A stretch of DNA of 64,000 nt from Octopus bimaculoides. Taxonomy: Eukaryota. Location of the stretch: positions 192,245,135 through 192,309,134 of the forward strand of contig NC_068982.1 in assembly GCF_001194135.2 (NCBI RefSeq), given 5' to 3'. The notes beneath the pieces were generated by a model that searched no databases, was not told where the DNA came from, and saw nothing but the letters and a program-made list of their open reading frames with translations. A program made the position numbers and the translations under genes. Shown here one piece after another: positions 61,259 to 64,000 of the stretch. Position 1 is the stretch's first letter. Every line of letters starts with the position of its first letter.

Positions 61259-62882
61259 GGNNNNNNNNNNNNNNNNNNNNNNNNNNNNNNNNNNNNNNNN
61301 NNNNNNNNNNNNNNNNNNNNNNNNNNNNNNNNNNNNNNNNNNNNNNNNNNNNNNNNNNNNNNNNNNNNNNNNNNNNNNNNNNNNNNNNNNNNNNNNNNNN
61401 NNNNNNNNNNNNNNNNNNNNNNNNNNNNNNNNNNNNNNNNNNNNNNNNNNNNNNNNNNNNNNNNNNNNNNNNNNNNNNNNNNNNNNNNNNNNNNNNNNNN
61501 NNNNNNNNNNNNNNNNNNNNNNNNNNNNNNNNNNNNNNNNNNNNNNNNNNNNNNNNNNNNNNNNNNNNNNNNNNNNNNNNNNNNNNNNNNNNNNNNNNNN
61601 NNNNNNNNNNNNNNNNNNNNNNNNNNNNNNNNNNNNNNNNNNNNNNNNNNNNNNNNNNNNNNNNNNNNNNNNNNNNNNNNNNNNNNNNNNNNNNNNNNNN
61701 NNNNNNNNNNNNNNNNNNNNNNNNNNNNNNNNNNNNNNNNNNNNNNNNNNNNNNNNNNNNNNNNNNNNNNNNNNNNNNNNNNNNNNNNNNNNNNNNNNNN
61801 NNNNNNNNNNNNNNNNNNNNNNNNNNNNNNNNNNNNNNNNNNNNNNNNNNNNNNNNNNNNNNNNNNNNNNNNNNNNNNNNNNNNNNNNNNNNNACCCAAC
61901 CAAGATGCTCAAAAAATTGAAGCAATAAGAATATGTAAATAAATTCACTGAATAAAAAAAAACAAATACTAATGGTGGAAAGAAGAAGGTCTTTCAACAG
62001 GAAGTTCTTTCTAAAATGAGGCTAAACTTTGTTTCTCACACAGAAGAGTGATTAGTTTCTGTTCCTTAGTCACCAAACACTGCAACAATTTGAATTGTAG
62101 TAACTTGCAGTATCCACTTTTAATGTTCTGTGACCACATTTCTAACAAAAACCATTTTGCAATTAATTATTAAGTAGTCAATAATTTGGAAGAATTAATT
62201 TTAAAAATAACATTTTCATTTTAAAGCAGATGTTTGGAACATAACAAAAGTTTCTTAATCAAAATTAAAAAGGAAAGGTTTTAATTTGAATACAAACATT
62301 TTAAAGTAGGAATTTTATATCATAGAACCAGGGGTGGTTGGTAAATACTAGAGTAGATGTAGACTACATTGTAGAAGGTGATGCCCCAGTTTGGCCACAG
62401 TTCAATGACTGAAACCAGTGTAAAAAAAAAAGGTCAATCACTGAGTATTCTCAGAGAAAATTACAAAAGTTGTGTATCTCAAGTGTTTAAATGAACAATG
62501 TATGTTCTGTCCNNNNNNNNNNNNNNNNNNNNNNNNNNNNNNNNNNNNNNNNNNNNNNNNNNNNNNNNNNNNNNNNNNNNNNNNNNNNNNNNNNNNNNNN
62601 NNNNNNNNNNNNTGTATGTTCTGTCCCTATAAGACACTCATTGTATTTCAGCCCAGTACAGTAAATATATAAAAATTGTGGGGTAAATGAATGTAGGAAA
62701 GTAGTGGTGGAGAACTACTGGCATGACAATTTTAAGATATGGGTTCAATTCTTAGTTAAGTCATTTCACTTCTTCCTAGTCAAAGAAGCAATTTGTCATG
62801 AATCAATGGAGTGATTGGCTTCAATACAGTCTATGGAATGAAATCTTTGGTAGAATCAGCAGAATGACCTTTATAGAATTAC

Positions 62883-62917
<35 letters not shown>

Positions 62918-64000
62918 CCATCAATGCACATTTACATGCACATGAATATATATTGTAATGTAGAATCTATTCTTTAAAATTTGTTTTACTTTGAAGTTTG
63001 TTTCAATTACAACTGACTAAAATATTTTGTTGGTATTCAATTAATGCTAATTATTAATTAATGTAACAAACTTCTGAAGCAGAATGAAATAGATTGGTTT
63101 CAATTAGAGTTCCATTGAACACTGTCATCTCGAAGGCACTAGAGATGTAAAAGTACAGGGCAACTTTTGGTTGGGATGGCCAGGGTTGGAAGGGTGAGTC
63201 ATCCCACTCAGATGCTTCCTCATAATGAAGCAAACTTACAGACTAGAAGCAATTAACAGTAATGAACATATGACCATCTTAATTACTGGTGGACAGTAAG
63301 CCTTTCAATTGAATGTAAAGGCAAATCTCTCTCTCTCTTATACACACATACACATGTAAACATGCATACACACACACAAAATATATTATCATCATCAACA
63401 TCATCAAATTAATGTCCACTTTTCCATGCTTATGTGGGTCACATGAAATTTGTCAACACAGATATTCTACGAACAGATCTCTGTTTCCTATTTCTAATCC
63501 ATCCATCCATCCATCCAACCACAAGCATGTAGATACATATATATACATATATATATATAATTTAGAGAAAAACCACTATTAAATAAATCAATAATGAATG
63601 TAATTCATACCCTCTAGAAAATAAATATATCATAAAAACCTTATTCTATATATATTTGTGTTGGGGTATCTATTTAATTATTCTAGTAGCTATATTTTGT
63701 TTTTATTGGTAGGTTAATATTTTAGTAAGTTTAAGGTTTTATATTACAATGACACTACGATTTTGATAAGACTAAATCAATAGTAGTATTTTAGTTTATT
63801 TCATAATATTATTTAATTTACGACTATTAATATTTTTATTTATTTATTATATATTAGAATTTAATATTTATTAATATGTTTTATAAGATAACTATAGTTT
63901 TTTGTTCTTTTTATGTTGTTAGTTATATAAATTTTAAATTTTTCATTCATTTATTTAAGTATTATTATTTCATTCATGCTTTCGTATTCTATTCTCTATT

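Larger units (their letters stand above)
3001..62612. other. Assembly gaps (N runs)
   Basis: 3001-3193, 19220-19480, 20666-20865, 22336-22823, 53703-54199, 61261-61893 and 62513-62612. Confidence 1.

Noticed and set aside
2945-62672. ORFs containing long X runs
   Set aside because: Artefacts of assembly gaps.
63560-64000. Mitochondrial insertion (NUMT) suggested by the T-rich hydrophobic-coding look
   Set aside because: No frame gave a recognisable mitochondrial protein or tRNA and there are many stops. A BLAST against cephalopod mtDNA would settle it.

Overview
AT-rich, microsatellite-dense animal genomic DNA with seven N-gaps. The repeat families (CAT/GAT-tailed RTE LINEs, tRNA-headed SINEs, Penelope-like elements) suggest a cephalopod, probably Octopus; this is an inference. 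The only convincing host gene is a 6,081-nt uninterrupted minus-strand ORF (25105-31185, 2026 aa). It lies behind a splice acceptor at 31247 and encodes a mostly disordered protein whose C-terminus may hold two Ski/Sno/Dachshund-like domains. The rest is largely transposon debris: RTE, CR1 and R4/Dong-like LINEs, a Ty3/gypsy gag-pro-RT fragment, Penelope GIY-YIG fragments, mariner/hAT/piggyBac ends and several SINE families. Points worth following up: (i) the giant ORF and its unusual leader; (ii) Penelope-derived inverted duplications carrying minimal hammerhead-ribozyme motifs, several hit at the same core CpG; (iii) a perfect nuclear-receptor DR4 next to an RFX X-box, near an AGGTCA-bearing 32-bp minisatellite; (iv) a ~66-bp double-stem-loop VNTR in the RTE 3' UTR; (v) Dong-like elements sitting in (TAA)n tracts. 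All family and domain calls come from reading motifs by eye; no searches were run. Repeat boundaries are approximate.
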